Of a DNA stretch of 64,000 nt, positions 49,701 through 58,262 are shown one piece after another. The notes beneath the pieces are model-generated. The model worked only from the letters and a program-made list of their open reading frames with translations, was not told the DNA's origin and made no database searches. The position numbers and the translations under genes are program-made. Position 1 is the first letter of the stretch. Every line of letters begins with the position of its first letter. Source of the DNA: Bacteroidota bacterium (GTDB taxonomy: Bacteria > Bacteroidota > Bacteroidia > AKYH767-A > OLB10); the NCBI GenBank assembly GCA_046052065.1, contig JBJOND010000003.1, positions 663 through 64,662 on the forward strand, written 5' to 3'.

Positions 49701-51703
49701 ATGGTTGGAGCAGCAGCTGTTAGTCGAGCACCATTAATGTTAGATCTGGAGTCACAACCTCTTAGATCATTACGAAGTCTGATGTAATAGTTAATGGAAT
49801 CGTTACAAACAGATACGGGGTCTAAATAGGTTGTATTTGAAGTTGAATCAATCAAATTGAAAACTCCTGAACCGGCAGGCTGCTCTTTGTAAACGTAGTA
49901 TCTCGGACGTGATCCAACTGGATTTGTTGGGGTTCGCAATGGATTCCATGATAAACTCGCATTGGTTCCAACCTGTGAGACCTGAAGATACATAGTTGAT
50001 AATGTATCTGTTTGTGGTCTTGCTAATAAATCACAACCTGATTTGGTTTCTAAAAAATACCTTACTGAACCAGTATTTGCATTAACGTTGTTATCTGTCC
50101 AAGTTAAAGTGGTGGCAACGTCAATACTATCAACTAATGCAAACGGACCAGCTCCAATTGCGCGATAGATAAAATGTTTTCTGAAATATTTTAGAGTGTC
50201 TTGAACTCCTGTATCAGGTGGTATATCCCATGAGAGCGTAACTTTTCCACTGGGTTGGACATCGGCGCAATAGAGGGTCGATGCTTTCATTTCTGGTGGT
50301 GCGACAACAACTATGGAAAGCGTAAAGAAGTTTACAGCTGGTGAAGGGCAGAAGCTGTCAAACGCTTTTACAACGAAATTGTAGGTGTTCGAAAGCCGGA
50401 CGCAGCCAACGGTTTTTGCAAGGTGATTACAATCCGTTATCCAATTAAAATTGATGGAATTATTAAAGAGTCCAAAACCTGTAGGTACCGTCGTTCCTAC
50501 ACCCGCAACGTTAGTCAAATAGGCGCATGGTGGAAACGGACATCTACCAGTATTAGCAGCTTCAGAAGTATCGAGCTGAATTCCGGTTACATCAAACGAA
50601 ACACTTTGAGGCAAGGAAGCGGCAGTACCGCCAACGAATTCAAAATCGGTAGCTTGTATTGTCGTGAAGACTGTATCACCAGCATAGACTGTATCAACAT
50701 ATTGGTTAACTCCTCCCTGTTGGAATCCGTAAGTGAAAATAATGGTTGTATCGACATCAGGAGGGGTATTCAATCCTGTTGTACCACCACTATAGGCAAC
50801 GGTTCTGTTACCTATGAGTGTGATTTGAATTTCACGAAAAACTTCTGCGATTTTAATTCCACATCTAAAGGCTGATACTTTAGTTACAGTTACAAAAGAT
50901 CCTGTATTAAATGATAAGAAAGATACGATTCCAGAGTTCGGGTCCAATATCGCAGCTTGGTTATTTGCATTTTGAGGAGGAGTAGGGCTAGGCAAGGGAT
51001 TAGTAAAAGAATATCCAGCTGCATAGGGATAGTTGGTCCCGGGGTAAGTTGTCCCATCTAAAGGGCGACCCCATTCATAGTATAAAGAATCTCCTTCTTC
51101 GTCAACCGCATTCGCAGAATAGGTGGTTATATTACCAATCATCGTTGCAAGTTGAGGACGCTCAGCAAAACGTGGCGATGAATCATAGCAAGGATTTGTA
51201 TTCGTAGCATTGTAAGGAAACATGGTAGCTCTTAAAATAAAGTTCCCACCACCACTAGCTCCTAAATTCGTAATACCCGTATTACGACAACAATCCCAGT
51301 AAAAAAAATTCCAGCCTGTTGCAGGAGGTACACCGGTGATTGTTATCCAACCAGATTCGTAAATACATTCTAAAACGGCGTTAAGCTGGCCTCCTGGTGT
51401 AGCACAAGTTGGACAAGGTATAGTTTGACCTGGAGTGCCTACAGGAGATAAATCCAAGGTCGAAACTTGAGGACAGTTAATTCCGCCACCCAAACCAGGT
51501 GCGTTAGATTGTAAGTTAACAGTTGTCGGTGCAGGAATTCCGTTACAGTCTCTGTAGAGTTTTACAGTAAATTTAAATCTCCCAGCGTTTGGTCCTGATT
51601 TTTTACAGACCCATGTAACCTCACCCCCCATTAAGTGAGATCCAAATGAGTCAACTACACCAATGCATAGCAGGAGTAGGATAATACTCAGTAATTTCTT
51701 CAT
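43706..51703 (-). CDS. Giant modular cell-surface protein (2665 aa) with a gliding-motility-associated / T9SS type B C-terminal domain
   Basis: Signal peptide, followed by about nine modules of roughly 190 aa that each open with P.LRC.SV..NG.(I/V)QL(S/T)(W/F). The C-terminus VPSGFTPGGKNGIFKP..FNRWGQKVFE..GWDGT..GTYVY fits the type B CTD pattern. Confidence 0.85.
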   Translation of the reverse strand: MKKLLSIILLLLCIGVVDSFGSHLMGGEVTWVCKKSGPNAGRFKFTVKLYRDCNGIPAPTTVNLQSNAPGLGGGINCPQVSTLDLSPVGTPGQTIPCPTCATPGGQLNAVLECIYESGWITITGVPPATGWNFFYWDCCRNTGITNLGASGGGNFILRATMFPYNATNTNPCYDSSPRFAERPQLATMIGNITTYSANAVDEEGDSLYYEWGRPLDGTTYPGTNYPYAAGYSFTNPLPSPTPPQNANNQAAILDPNSGIVSFLSFNTGSFVTVTKVSAFRCGIKIAEVFREIQITLIGNRTVAYSGGTTGLNTPPDVDTTIIFTYGFQQGGVNQYVDTVYAGDTVFTTIQATDFEFVGGTAASLPQSVSFDVTGIQLDTSEAANTGRCPFPPCAYLTNVAGVGTTVPTGFGLFNNSINFNWITDCNHLAKTVGCVRLSNTYNFVVKAFDSFCPSPAVNFFTLSIVVVAPPEMKASTLYCADVQPSGKVTLSWDIPPDTGVQDTLKYFRKHFIYRAIGAGPFALVDSIDVATTLTWTDNNVNANTGSVRYFLETKSGCDLLARPQTDTLSTMYLQVSQVGTNASLSWNPLRTPTNPVGSRPRYYVYKEQPAGSGVFNLIDSTSNTTYLDPVSVCNDSINYYIRLRNDLRGCDSRSNINGARLTAAAPTITPPSLRCVSVLPNEDIQLSWIGTLDTAGAFAEYKIYHSLAKAGPYTQIGTVTNYGANTFTHVGAQGNAQPHFYYIRTKAGCDVTTTFDSPTTSDSLSSIKLILNNATVGFADLSWNALRVPLPATSSGQYKVYRRVVPSLPWVLRGTTAALTFRDTITLCDTTIQYKVEIADASGCISTSSDSANQFTSVGDILDNPSLRCLAVQLNGDVQLTWVAPSDPDNFFSKYQIYSAAALAGPYTLVGTVNSYATTSWLHVGANANVGSKYYYLKTLSGCSGLADNGSTGDTLASIYLSVSNATLGSATLNWNAMSNPLLASSSGTYIVKRRTTGVGAYAQIGTTSNLNYIDNITTCNVPYEYTIEIADNAPCTSVSSAANGVFTYLGNVVVNPDLRCVSVQANGQIQLSFIPPAGSSANFNEFEIWRDNGTGFTKLDSVSNFASTTYLDITANGNSQSYSYYLLSQSGCTGQVNSTSNSQTLSSIYLTATPALGTSNLSWTALANPIPASSTTGQYDVWSSYNATGNLQFYGDTNRLVYSQPINNCDTTLRHQIKLADNSGCISTSNIDTNLYTYIGNIIANPDLRCVSVQSNGQIQLSFIPPAGSNTNFNEFEIWRDNGAGFTKLDSVSNFAATTYLDASANGNNQSYSYYMLTQSGCSGQINSTSNSQTLSSIYLTATPALGTANLSWTALANPIPATSTTGQYDVWSSYNATGNLQFYGDTNRLVYSQPIVNCDTTLSHQIKLADNSGCISTSNIDANLYTYLGNVINNPDLRCVSVQPNGQIQLSFIPPTGSSINFNEFEIWRDNGAGFTKLDSVSNFAATTYLDATANGNNQSYSYYMLTQSGCSGQINSASNSQTLSSIYLTATPALGTANLSWTALANPIPATSTTGQYDIWSSYNATGNLQFYGDTNRLVYSQPINNCDTTLSHQIKLADNSGCISTSNIDANLYTYLGNVINNPDLRCVSVQSNGQIQLSFIPPTGSSINFNEFEIWRDNGAGFTKLDSVSNFAATTYLDATANGNNQSYSYYMLTQSGCSGQINSASNSQTLSSIYLSTTPALGTANLNWTALANPIPGTTTTGQYDVWSSYNTTGNLQLYGDTNRLVYSQPINNCDTTIHYQIKIADNSGCISTSNIDTNLFTYIGNIIGNPELHCASVISPGGQIQLTWKGVLSGSWVNFNQFNIYRNTGTGFTLIDSVQNNSAVTYTDNTANGYNGSVSYYLVTKSGCSGQVDNGTLGNTISSIYLKVTGANTTTANLNWNAPSTPLLPNTSNTYTVEREQPAGSGNWTVAGNVTATTFTEPLTLCIDSVNYRVSLEDTFCISMSNYDGETFVDHTIPTSPELRCASVLPNGDVTLTWIAPVDTGMRFGNYQIYSSANPNGPFAKIQTVNNYNTLSYTHIGANAQNNSIYYYITTQTACGGETSPVTDTLRTIRVNVINNNGVAFIRWNPLHDPELATATLTYDVYKEYPTGTWSKIGTTTAPDYDWSDTINVCSAIINYYVSTGDQSGCISNSSIDGDLFKDITKPNVSVMDTVSLSTPTGTNVNISWIPSTSGDVEGYIIYNFNGASWDSIGAVTGANSTSFSFVDPAVQNGSQLYSIAAYDSCGNRSSIGLSQNTMFLKAKLDVCKYAIDLQWNPFINMPGGVAGYNVFVSENGGPITLLASVPATNITYSHNTLTNGSIYNYYIQVVGNDNTKTAISTQASDTANLLVLPTFGYLRKATVIDLRRVIVTAYVDTLKQPDVSKYKLQRAFEKTGPFSTVAVQTYSGLPDLTFSDFTARTNQYSYYYRIVTVDSCGNEVLISNLGRTILLSGLAEKNLTNSLKYNDYEEWLGGVSNYSLFRKIDDTWQLVPAAILPFGQQAYIDDVSSIFQTTGRFCYRVEAYEGGGNIYGFTDTSSSNEICLIQEPKVYVPSGFTPGGKNGIFKPSFIYVDAKNYFFIVFNRWGQKVFETNNPEEGWDGTFDGTLAPEGTYVYNVRIFGTSGQEIEKNGSVTLLR
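46259..48538 (-). repeat. Four in-frame tandem repeats of exactly 570 bp (190 codons) inside the adhesin gene
   Basis: Module starts fall at 48538, 47968, 47398 and 46828, and the next module starts at 46258. Sampled stretches of the three downstream copies differ at only a few percent of positions, and the fourth copy is more diverged. Confidence 0.9.
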
Positions 51704-51743
51704 AGTAATTTGGTACTATTAATTTTGGTCAATTGCGTGTAGC

Positions 51744-51775
51744 CAAATTTACGAAACGAAGAATTAAAAAACAAA
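51744..51775 (-). promoter_or_regulatory. Bacteroidota-type promoter of the adhesin gene (-33 TTTG, 20-nt spacer, -7 TAAATTTG)
   Basis: The minus strand reads catTTTGttttttaattcttcgtttcgTAAATTTGg. The -7 box ends 40 nt before the ATG at 51703. Confidence 0.55.
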
Positions 51776-51779
51776 TGAA

Positions 51780-53051
51780 TTAAGGGCCAACCACCACCTC
51801 GCTCAATGATGATTTTTCGAGGTGTTTTTGAGCACATAATCGAATATCATCAGCGGTAATACTGTTCAACCTACTGATGTAATCATGGTAATGATCGGCA
51901 GTTAAGTTATTTAAATGCAATGTTTTGTGTCTTTCTGAAAGTGCAAAAACTCCGTCAATGCTTCTCTGAAAGCTTCCAAACAGATAGTTTTTTACAAGCG
52001 TTAATTCCTCTTCTGGTACGAGCTCGTTTTGCAGGCGCTCAACTTCAAAATAAATTTCTTTCAATGCATCATTGGCTACATTTGACCCAACTTCAGTTGT
52101 AATGAAAAAATAACCATCGTTGATATCTGTCGCTAATCCCGATCCAATTCCGTAGGTAAATCCTTTGTCTTCTCGGATATTCGACATCAACCGAGACCCA
52201 AAGTAGCCTCCCAAAATGGTATTCAAAATGGTGAAATCGAAATAGTCCTCATGTTTTCTGTTAAACATTTTTTTACCAATTCTAATTGCCGACTGAATAC
52301 TATCTTTCTTATTAATATAGGTTATTTTAGGATTTAATATTTTATTTTCAACGACATTATTAATGTTTGAATAATTAAAATTCAATTCTTCTATCAGGTT
52401 TTTAATAGCGCTTTCATGTTCCGAAGATAATTTTCCTGCAATAAATACAGCTCTCAGTTTATTTCGGTAATTGTTATGGTAGAATGCTAATAAAGCTTCT
52501 TTGTTTAACATGTCAAAGTCCTCTGCCTTCGACATGATTCCTAGTGAATGATTATCCCCATAAATTGTATTCAAAAAGTTTCTTCTGGCTAAAAAGTCGA
52601 CTTTGTTAAGGTTGATAGCAAGTCGCTGTTTCCCTTGCATTTTATAGGTTTCAATCTCTTCTTCAGCAAATGTTGGTTCTGTAAGAATTGTCTTTAAAAC
52701 TGGCAGCGTCTGAAGGATAAATTTTCCAGTAGTATAGAATGATAAGGTAGCAAATTCGTTCCCCGCTTCCGTAACAAAATAAGCTCCATATTGGTCAAGC
52801 ATTTCTGAAATCTCAGCAGATGAAAATTTTCCGCTACCTTCTTCAATTAATCTGTTGCAAGAGTTAGCAATAATTGGATGTGAACTATAAGCTGAGCCCG
52901 CCTCAAAAATCAGATCAATTTTTATGACTTCCTGAGTACCTGAGTTAATAGTTATATAGGGAGTCCCATTTTTTAAATAGTCAACAATAGCTCCTGGTAT
53001 TTGTAAGCTTTCAGGTATAGTTAATTCTGGTGCGATTATTCTGTTAAGCAT
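51780..53051 (-). CDS. M16 family peptidase-like subunit lacking the HxxEH motif
   Basis: 423 aa with the two-domain pitrilysin size. Overlaps the upstream M16 gene by 8 nt. No zinc motif was seen. Confidence 0.7.
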   Translation of the reverse strand: MLNRIIAPELTIPESLQIPGAIVDYLKNGTPYITINSGTQEVIKIDLIFEAGSAYSSHPIIANSCNRLIEEGSGKFSSAEISEMLDQYGAYFVTEAGNEFATLSFYTTGKFILQTLPVLKTILTEPTFAEEEIETYKMQGKQRLAINLNKVDFLARRNFLNTIYGDNHSLGIMSKAEDFDMLNKEALLAFYHNNYRNKLRAVFIAGKLSSEHESAIKNLIEELNFNYSNINNVVENKILNPKITYINKKDSIQSAIRIGKKMFNRKHEDYFDFTILNTILGGYFGSRLMSNIREDKGFTYGIGSGLATDINDGYFFITTEVGSNVANDALKEIYFEVERLQNELVPEEELTLVKNYLFGSFQRSIDGVFALSERHKTLHLNNLTADHYHDYISRLNSITADDIRLCAQKHLEKSSLSEVVVGP

Positions 53052-54285
53052 GATGATTGGATAAGTAAGTTAAAACGGAGCAATTTTCTTTGGTTAAAAC
53101 AGTATTTGCAATTGCTAATATGTCCGATGATTGAATCGAATTATATATTGTTTCTTGTTGGTTGGCTAAATCAGCGTCTCCTAGCATTTCATAGTAGGCA
53201 AGGTTTAATGCTTTATTGGCAATACTCATTTCTGAAAATAAGACAGTAGAGTAGGCCTTGTTTTTAATTTTCTCCAATTCTTTATCTGAAATACCTTTTT
53301 TTAGTTCTTCAATCACATCAAATACAGCTTCTTCAGCATCTTTCGGATTAACTCCATCTGAAATTTTTCCTTCTATTAAAATCAGGCTTTTGTCTAAGTC
53401 GCCCAGCATATAAGCGCCAATATCAGTAAAAAGCTTTTTCTCTTTAACTAGTTGCTGATAAAGTCTCGATGATTTCCCTCTCGATAAAACATCGCTTAAT
53501 AAATCAGTTGCATAAAAATCATTATCGTACCTCGAACAGCAATGAAATGCTAAGTATAGTTGATCCGATGGTACATCGGCTTTAACTTCCAATCGACGCA
53601 TTTCTGTTTGTTTAGGCTCTTCAGGTAGATTTCTTTCGGTGAGGTTTACAGAAGGAATTGGCTCAAACCATTTTGCACAAAGTTCTTTTGCTCTTTCTAA
53701 AGAACAATTGCCTGCTAAAGTTAGTATGGCATTGTTTGGTGCATACCATTTCTTAAAGAAGTTTTTTACATCTTGTAAGGTCGCATTCTCAATATGTGAT
53801 ACTTCCTTGCCAATGGTCGCCCATTGATAAGGATGAACTTTGTAAGCAAGCGGTCTTAGTTTTAACCATGCATCGCCATAAGGCTGATTTAAATAACGCT
53901 GACGAAATTCTTCAACAACTACATTTCGTTGTACCTCTAAACTTTTTTCAGTAAAAGCAAGGCTTAACATTCTGTCTGACTCCAGCCAAAATCCCGTTTC
54001 AAGATTTGCTGCAGGTATTGTTAAATAGTAATTAGTAAAATCATTATTTGTAAAGGCGTTGTTTTCACCTCCAGCTTTCTGTAATGGTTCGTCGTAGCTT
54101 GGGATATTAATAGAACCGCCAAACATCAAGTGTTCAAACAAATGAGCAAAACCTGTTTGTTCAGGATCTTCATCTCTTGCACCTACCATATACAAAATAT
54201 TCATAGCTACAAGGGGAGTGCTTTTGTCCTCATGAACAATTACTTTTAACCCATTGGACAATTCGAATTTTTCAAAATTTATCAT
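53044..54285 (-). CDS. M16 family zinc peptidase (active subunit)
   Basis: HLFEHLMF inverted zincin motif (HxxEH). Confidence 0.85.
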   Translation of the reverse strand: MINFEKFELSNGLKVIVHEDKSTPLVAMNILYMVGARDEDPEQTGFAHLFEHLMFGGSINIPSYDEPLQKAGGENNAFTNNDFTNYYLTIPAANLETGFWLESDRMLSLAFTEKSLEVQRNVVVEEFRQRYLNQPYGDAWLKLRPLAYKVHPYQWATIGKEVSHIENATLQDVKNFFKKWYAPNNAILTLAGNCSLERAKELCAKWFEPIPSVNLTERNLPEEPKQTEMRRLEVKADVPSDQLYLAFHCCSRYDNDFYATDLLSDVLSRGKSSRLYQQLVKEKKLFTDIGAYMLGDLDKSLILIEGKISDGVNPKDAEEAVFDVIEELKKGISDKELEKIKNKAYSTVLFSEMSIANKALNLAYYEMLGDADLANQQETIYNSIQSSDILAIANTVLTKENCSVLTYLSNHHA

Positions 54286-54287
54286 AA

Positions 54288-55238
54288 TTAATCGATGCTT
54301 ATTTCTTGTAGTTTTTTCTTTTCATTAATAAACTCTTCCCACATTTCATTCAAAATCATGGCTGCTGGTTTGATCTCCTTAAAATTGGCAGAAACTTGTC
54401 CGATTTCTAATTCACCTTCAATCATATCTCCTTCAAACATTCCTTTTTTTGCTCGAGCTCTTCCAAGTATTTCTTTTAGTTCTTCGTTACTTGCGCCTCG
54501 CTTTGTAGCTTCATCAACTTTCTGGTAAAATTCATTCTTGATTAATCGAACTGGGGTTAGACTTTTTAAAGCTAATGCGGTATCGCCTTCATTCATGTTT
54601 ATGATTCTGTTTTTGAAAACATCGTTAGCCGATGATTCTTCGCTTGCTACAAACCTTGTTCCAACTTGGACTCCTTCAGCACCTAATGCAAAGCATGCTA
54701 GCATCGCTCGTCCGTCTGCAATTCCACCAGCTGCAATCAAAGGCAATTTAACAGCATCTCGAATAAGTGGTATCAAGCAAAGAGTTGTTGTTTCCTCGCG
54801 ACCATTATGTCCGCCTGCTTCAAATCCTTCTGCAACAATCGCATCGACTCCAGCGGCTTCTGCTTTCAGTGCAAACTTTGTATTGGCAATTACGTGTACC
54901 ACTTTAATTCCATGTGATTTTAAATGGTTAGTCCATGTTGCAGGGTTACCAGCAGAGGTAAATACTATCGGGACTTTTTCTTCGATGATGATAGCAATAT
55001 GATCATCGATATTTGGGTATAGCAACGGAAGATTAACAGCGAAATTGTTTTTCGTTGCAGATTTACACTTTTGAATATGTTCTCTTAGTACATCAGGATA
55101 CATAGACCCTGCGCCAATAATCCCTAATCCGCCAGCATTACTAACGGCTGCGGCTAAACGCCATCCACTGCACCAAATCATTCCTGCCTGAATGATAGGA
55201 TACTGAATATTGAATAATTCGGTTATTCTGTTTTTCAT
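54288..55238 (-). CDS. Nitronate monooxygenase-fold FMN oxidoreductase (FabK-like enoyl-ACP reductase candidate)
   Basis: YPIIQAGM, GGLGIIGAG, AEGFEAGGH and IAAGGIADGR motifs. Starting at MKNRITEL avoids overlap with the upstream gene. Confidence 0.75.
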   Translation of the reverse strand: MKNRITELFNIQYPIIQAGMIWCSGWRLAAAVSNAGGLGIIGAGSMYPDVLREHIQKCKSATKNNFAVNLPLLYPNIDDHIAIIIEEKVPIVFTSAGNPATWTNHLKSHGIKVVHVIANTKFALKAEAAGVDAIVAEGFEAGGHNGREETTTLCLIPLIRDAVKLPLIAAGGIADGRAMLACFALGAEGVQVGTRFVASEESSANDVFKNRIINMNEGDTALALKSLTPVRLIKNEFYQKVDEATKRGASNEELKEILGRARAKKGMFEGDMIEGELEIGQVSANFKEIKPAAMILNEMWEEFINEKKKLQEISID

Positions 55239-55240
55239 TT

Positions 55241-55831
55241 TTAAAAGAATATTTCTAATGTTGCTTTTACTCTTGCGCCCATTTCCCGTATTAAAAACCA
55301 CTTAGGTTCTCGTTTCGGCCATCCCTCTGCGACGTATCCAACAGCGTTTATATTCATCTGTTTGGCCATCCAAAGTGCTCTGCAAAGATGTGCTTTTTGA
55401 CTTACAATGATAACGGGCTCATACAAATAATTTTTGTTGAACATTTGCAATGATGCGTAGGTGTCTTTGCTGTCTGAGTCTAACATAATCAGCGTGTCAT
55501 TAACTCCTTTGTCTACTAATTCCTTTTTTAAATCGTTTGCTTCGTCGTAATGATTGCCGTCTGAAATTCCGCTAATAATAATTTTACAATTAGGATACAT
55601 TTGACGTAGCTTTACCACCACATCAACTCTTCCATTGAAGAAATAGTTTGGTCGCGTTCCCATTCTATATTCTTTACCAGCTCCTAGAACTAATACATAA
55701 CGGTTTTTTAGTTGGAATGTCTTACTCTGAATAATCATTTCATTGCCAACATGAGAAATCCACCAATAATTACAAAGTATTAGTACAATAGGAAGTAGCA
55801 GTATGAGGAAAAAGATTTTTAAAAACTTCAT
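55241..55831 (-). CDS. SanA/YdcF (DUF218) family protein
   Basis: N-terminal TM anchor, YVLVLGAG..RVDVVVKL..IIISG pattern, and 196 aa. Confidence 0.7.
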   Translation of the reverse strand: MKFLKIFFLILLLPIVLILCNYWWISHVGNEMIIQSKTFQLKNRYVLVLGAGKEYRMGTRPNYFFNGRVDVVVKLRQMYPNCKIIISGISDGNHYDEANDLKKELVDKGVNDTLIMLDSDSKDTYASLQMFNKNYLYEPVIIVSQKAHLCRALWMAKQMNINAVGYVAEGWPKREPKWFLIREMGARVKATLEIFF

Positions 55832-55974
55832 TTAACAAATGTAAGGTTTGGCCACAACAACTATCCTTTGGTTGTTCTCTATTTTTGAACAATAACACTG
55901 TTTTTCACCGTTAATAAAGAATATTGTTCAATACTATTTTGCATAGTTGATTTTTATATTTTTAGCCCTGAGAA

Positions 55975-56970
55975 ATGAAAATAATTATACCTGTTGCGGG
56001 GATTGGCAGTAAGTTGCGTCCGCATACACATACTCAACCTAAAGCATTGGTTCCTGTTGCAGGGAAGCCAATATTGTCGCATATCGTTGATTACCTTGTT
56101 GAAGGAGGTTATAAAGAGTTCATTTTTATTGTGGGATACTTGGGAGACAAGATTGAAGATTATGTTAAAAATAAATATCCTCATCTAAAATCTTCTTTTG
56201 TTATTCAGGAGCCTCGCGAAGGAACAGGTCAGGCTGTTTGGATGGCCAAAGATTTAGTCAACGACGGCGACGAATTGCTGATTGTTTTAGGAGATACTAT
56301 TATCGATTATGATTTGCATGCTATCGTAACATCTCCATGTTCTTCTTTGGGAATTAAAAAAGTAGATGACCCTCGTCAATTTGGAGTTGCAGAAATAGAT
56401 GATCAGGGTTTTATCAAAAAACTCGAAGAGAAACCATTGATTCCAAAATCGAATTTAGCATTGGTAGGTATCTATTACATCAAAAACGGATTTTTACTAA
56501 TGGAAGCATTAGACCATTTGATTAAAAATGACATCCGTCACAATGATGAATTTAATTTAACATTGGGTATTCAGCGAATGGTGCAGGCCGGAGAGAAGTT
56601 TTCTACATTTCAGGTCGGAAACTGGTTCGATTGCGGAGGTAAAAACAATTTGCTTGAGACCAACGCTACCTTGTTAAGTTACGATAAAAATATTTCCAAT
56701 AAAAAATACAATTATAGTAACACCATTATTATTCATCCGGTTAGTATTGCGCCTAATTGCGATATAAGCGATTCGATCATTGGACCAAATGTGTCTATTG
56801 GTGATAATACCATCATCCGACATTCAATTTTAAGTAATTCTATCATTGGATCCTATTCGCAATTAGAGTCTGCTATTTTACATGAGAGTGTAATTGGTAG
56901 TGATGCTTATCTAAAAGGACTTAGTCAAAGTTTAAGTATTGGTGATAGTACAGAAATTGATTTTAGTTAA
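55975..56970 (+). CDS. Sugar-phosphate nucleotidyltransferase with a C-terminal left-handed beta-helix
   Basis: IIPVAGIGSKLRPHTHTQPKALVPVAGKP signature. Hexapeptide-like C-terminus (IGPNVSIGDNTII.., IGSYSQL). Confidence 0.75.
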   Translation: MKIIIPVAGIGSKLRPHTHTQPKALVPVAGKPILSHIVDYLVEGGYKEFIFIVGYLGDKIEDYVKNKYPHLKSSFVIQEPREGTGQAVWMAKDLVNDGDELLIVLGDTIIDYDLHAIVTSPCSSLGIKKVDDPRQFGVAEIDDQGFIKKLEEKPLIPKSNLALVGIYYIKNGFLLMEALDHLIKNDIRHNDEFNLTLGIQRMVQAGEKFSTFQVGNWFDCGGKNNLLETNATLLSYDKNISNKKYNYSNTIIIHPVSIAPNCDISDSIIGPNVSIGDNTIIRHSILSNSIIGSYSQLESAILHESVIGSDAYLKGLSQSLSIGDSTEIDFS

Positions 56971-56982
56971 TACATAACAGTT

Positions 56983-58254
56983 ATGATAAAGAAAGACACT
57001 CAGGTTTTTAATCTGATAACAAAAGAGTTAAAACGTCAGCGTCACGGAATTGAGTTGATTGCCTCTGAAAATTTTGTTTCCAAACAGGTAATGCAGGCAG
57101 CTGGTTCTTGCTTAACCAATAAATATGCTGAAGGACTTCCAGGCAAGCGCTATTATGGTGGATGTGAAATTGTTGACCAAATAGAGCAAATTGCAATTGA
57201 TCGTGCTAAAGAATTATTTGGTGCTGCTTGGGCTAATGTGCAACCACATTCAGGTGCACAAGCGAATGCTGCAGTGATGCTTGCAATTTTAAATCCTGGT
57301 GATAAAATCATGGGATTTGATTTGTCGCATGGTGGACATTTAACGCATGGTTCTTCTGTGAATTATTCTGGTAAGTTGTATAAACCATGTTTCTACGGAG
57401 TAGAAAAGGAAACTGGTCTAATTAACTATGACAAAGTAGAAAAGCTAGCAAAGAAAGAACTTCCTAAATTGATTATTTGCGGTGCTTCTGCTTATTCTCG
57501 CGACTGGGATTATGTTCGTTTGCGTAAGATTGCTGATAAAGTAGGTGCGTTACTTTTAGGAGATATTTCGCATCCATCGGGATTAATTGCAAAAGGAATT
57601 TTGAATGATCCAATTCCACATTGTCATATTGTTACGACTACAACACATAAAACTCTTCGCGGACCACGTGGTGGTTTAATTATGATGGGTAAAGATTTTC
57701 CTAATCCTTACGGAATTACAACTCCTAAAGGAGAAATCAGATCGATGAGTAGTTTGTTAGATGCTGCTGTTTTTCCAGGAATTCAAGGCGGTCCACTAGA
57801 GCATGTTATTGCGGCGAAGGCAGTAGCTTTCGGAGAAGCTTTAACGGATGAGTATTTAAAGTATACAATTCAAGTTGTAAAAAATGCTCAAGCAATGGCT
57901 AAAGCATTTACTGATTTGGGATACCACATTGTTTCAGGCGGAACAGATAATCATTTAATGTTGATTGATCTTCGTAATAAAAATATCACAGGAAGAGAAG
58001 CAGAAAATGCATTGGTGAAAGCAGATATAACTATCAACAAAAACATGGTTCCTTATGATGACAAAAGTCCGTTTGTAACATCAGGAATTCGTGTTGGAAC
58101 GCCAGCAATAACATCACGTGGCATGAAAGAAACGCACATGAAAAAAATCGTTTCGTTAATTGATAAAGTTTTAATGAATCATACTAACGAAAAAGTAATT
58201 GAAAAGGTAAGAGGAGACGTTAATACATTCATGGATAAATTTCCACTATATTAG
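56983..58254 (+). CDS. glyA: Serine hydroxymethyltransferase
   Basis: [17 protein letters not shown]-lysine motif; 423 aa. Confidence 0.95.
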   Translation: MIKKDTQVFNLITKELKRQRHGIELIASENFVSKQVMQAAGSCLTNKYAEGLPGKRYYGGCEIVDQIEQIAIDRAKELFGAAWANVQPHSGAQANAAVMLAILNPGDKIMGFDLSHGGHLTHGSSVNYSGKLYKPCFYGVEKETGLINYDKVEKLAKKELPKLIICGASAYSRDWDYVRLRKIADKVGALLLGDISHPSGLIAKGILNDPIPHCHIVTTTTHKTLRGPRGGLIMMGKDFPNPYGITTPKGEIRSMSSLLDAAVFPGIQGGPLEHVIAAKAVAFGEALTDEYLKYTIQVVKNAQAMAKAFTDLGYHIVSGGTDNHLMLIDLRNKNITGREAENALVKADITINKNMVPYDDKSPFVTSGIRVGTPAITSRGMKETHMKKIVSLIDKVLMNHTNEKVIEKVRGDVNTFMDKFPLY

Positions 58255-58262
58255 TAGTTCGA

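Noticed and set aside
55239-55301. Extended start of the FabK-like gene, overlapping the sanA-like gene
   Set aside because: The internal ATG at 55238 gives the usual MK..ITELF..YPIIQAGM N-terminus and removes a 61-nt overlap.
55954-56188. ORFs 55954-56184 (-) and 55994-56188 (+) at the start of the nucleotidyltransferase gene
   Set aside because: They overlap a gene that carries a clear nucleotidyltransferase signature in another frame, and they have no features of their own.
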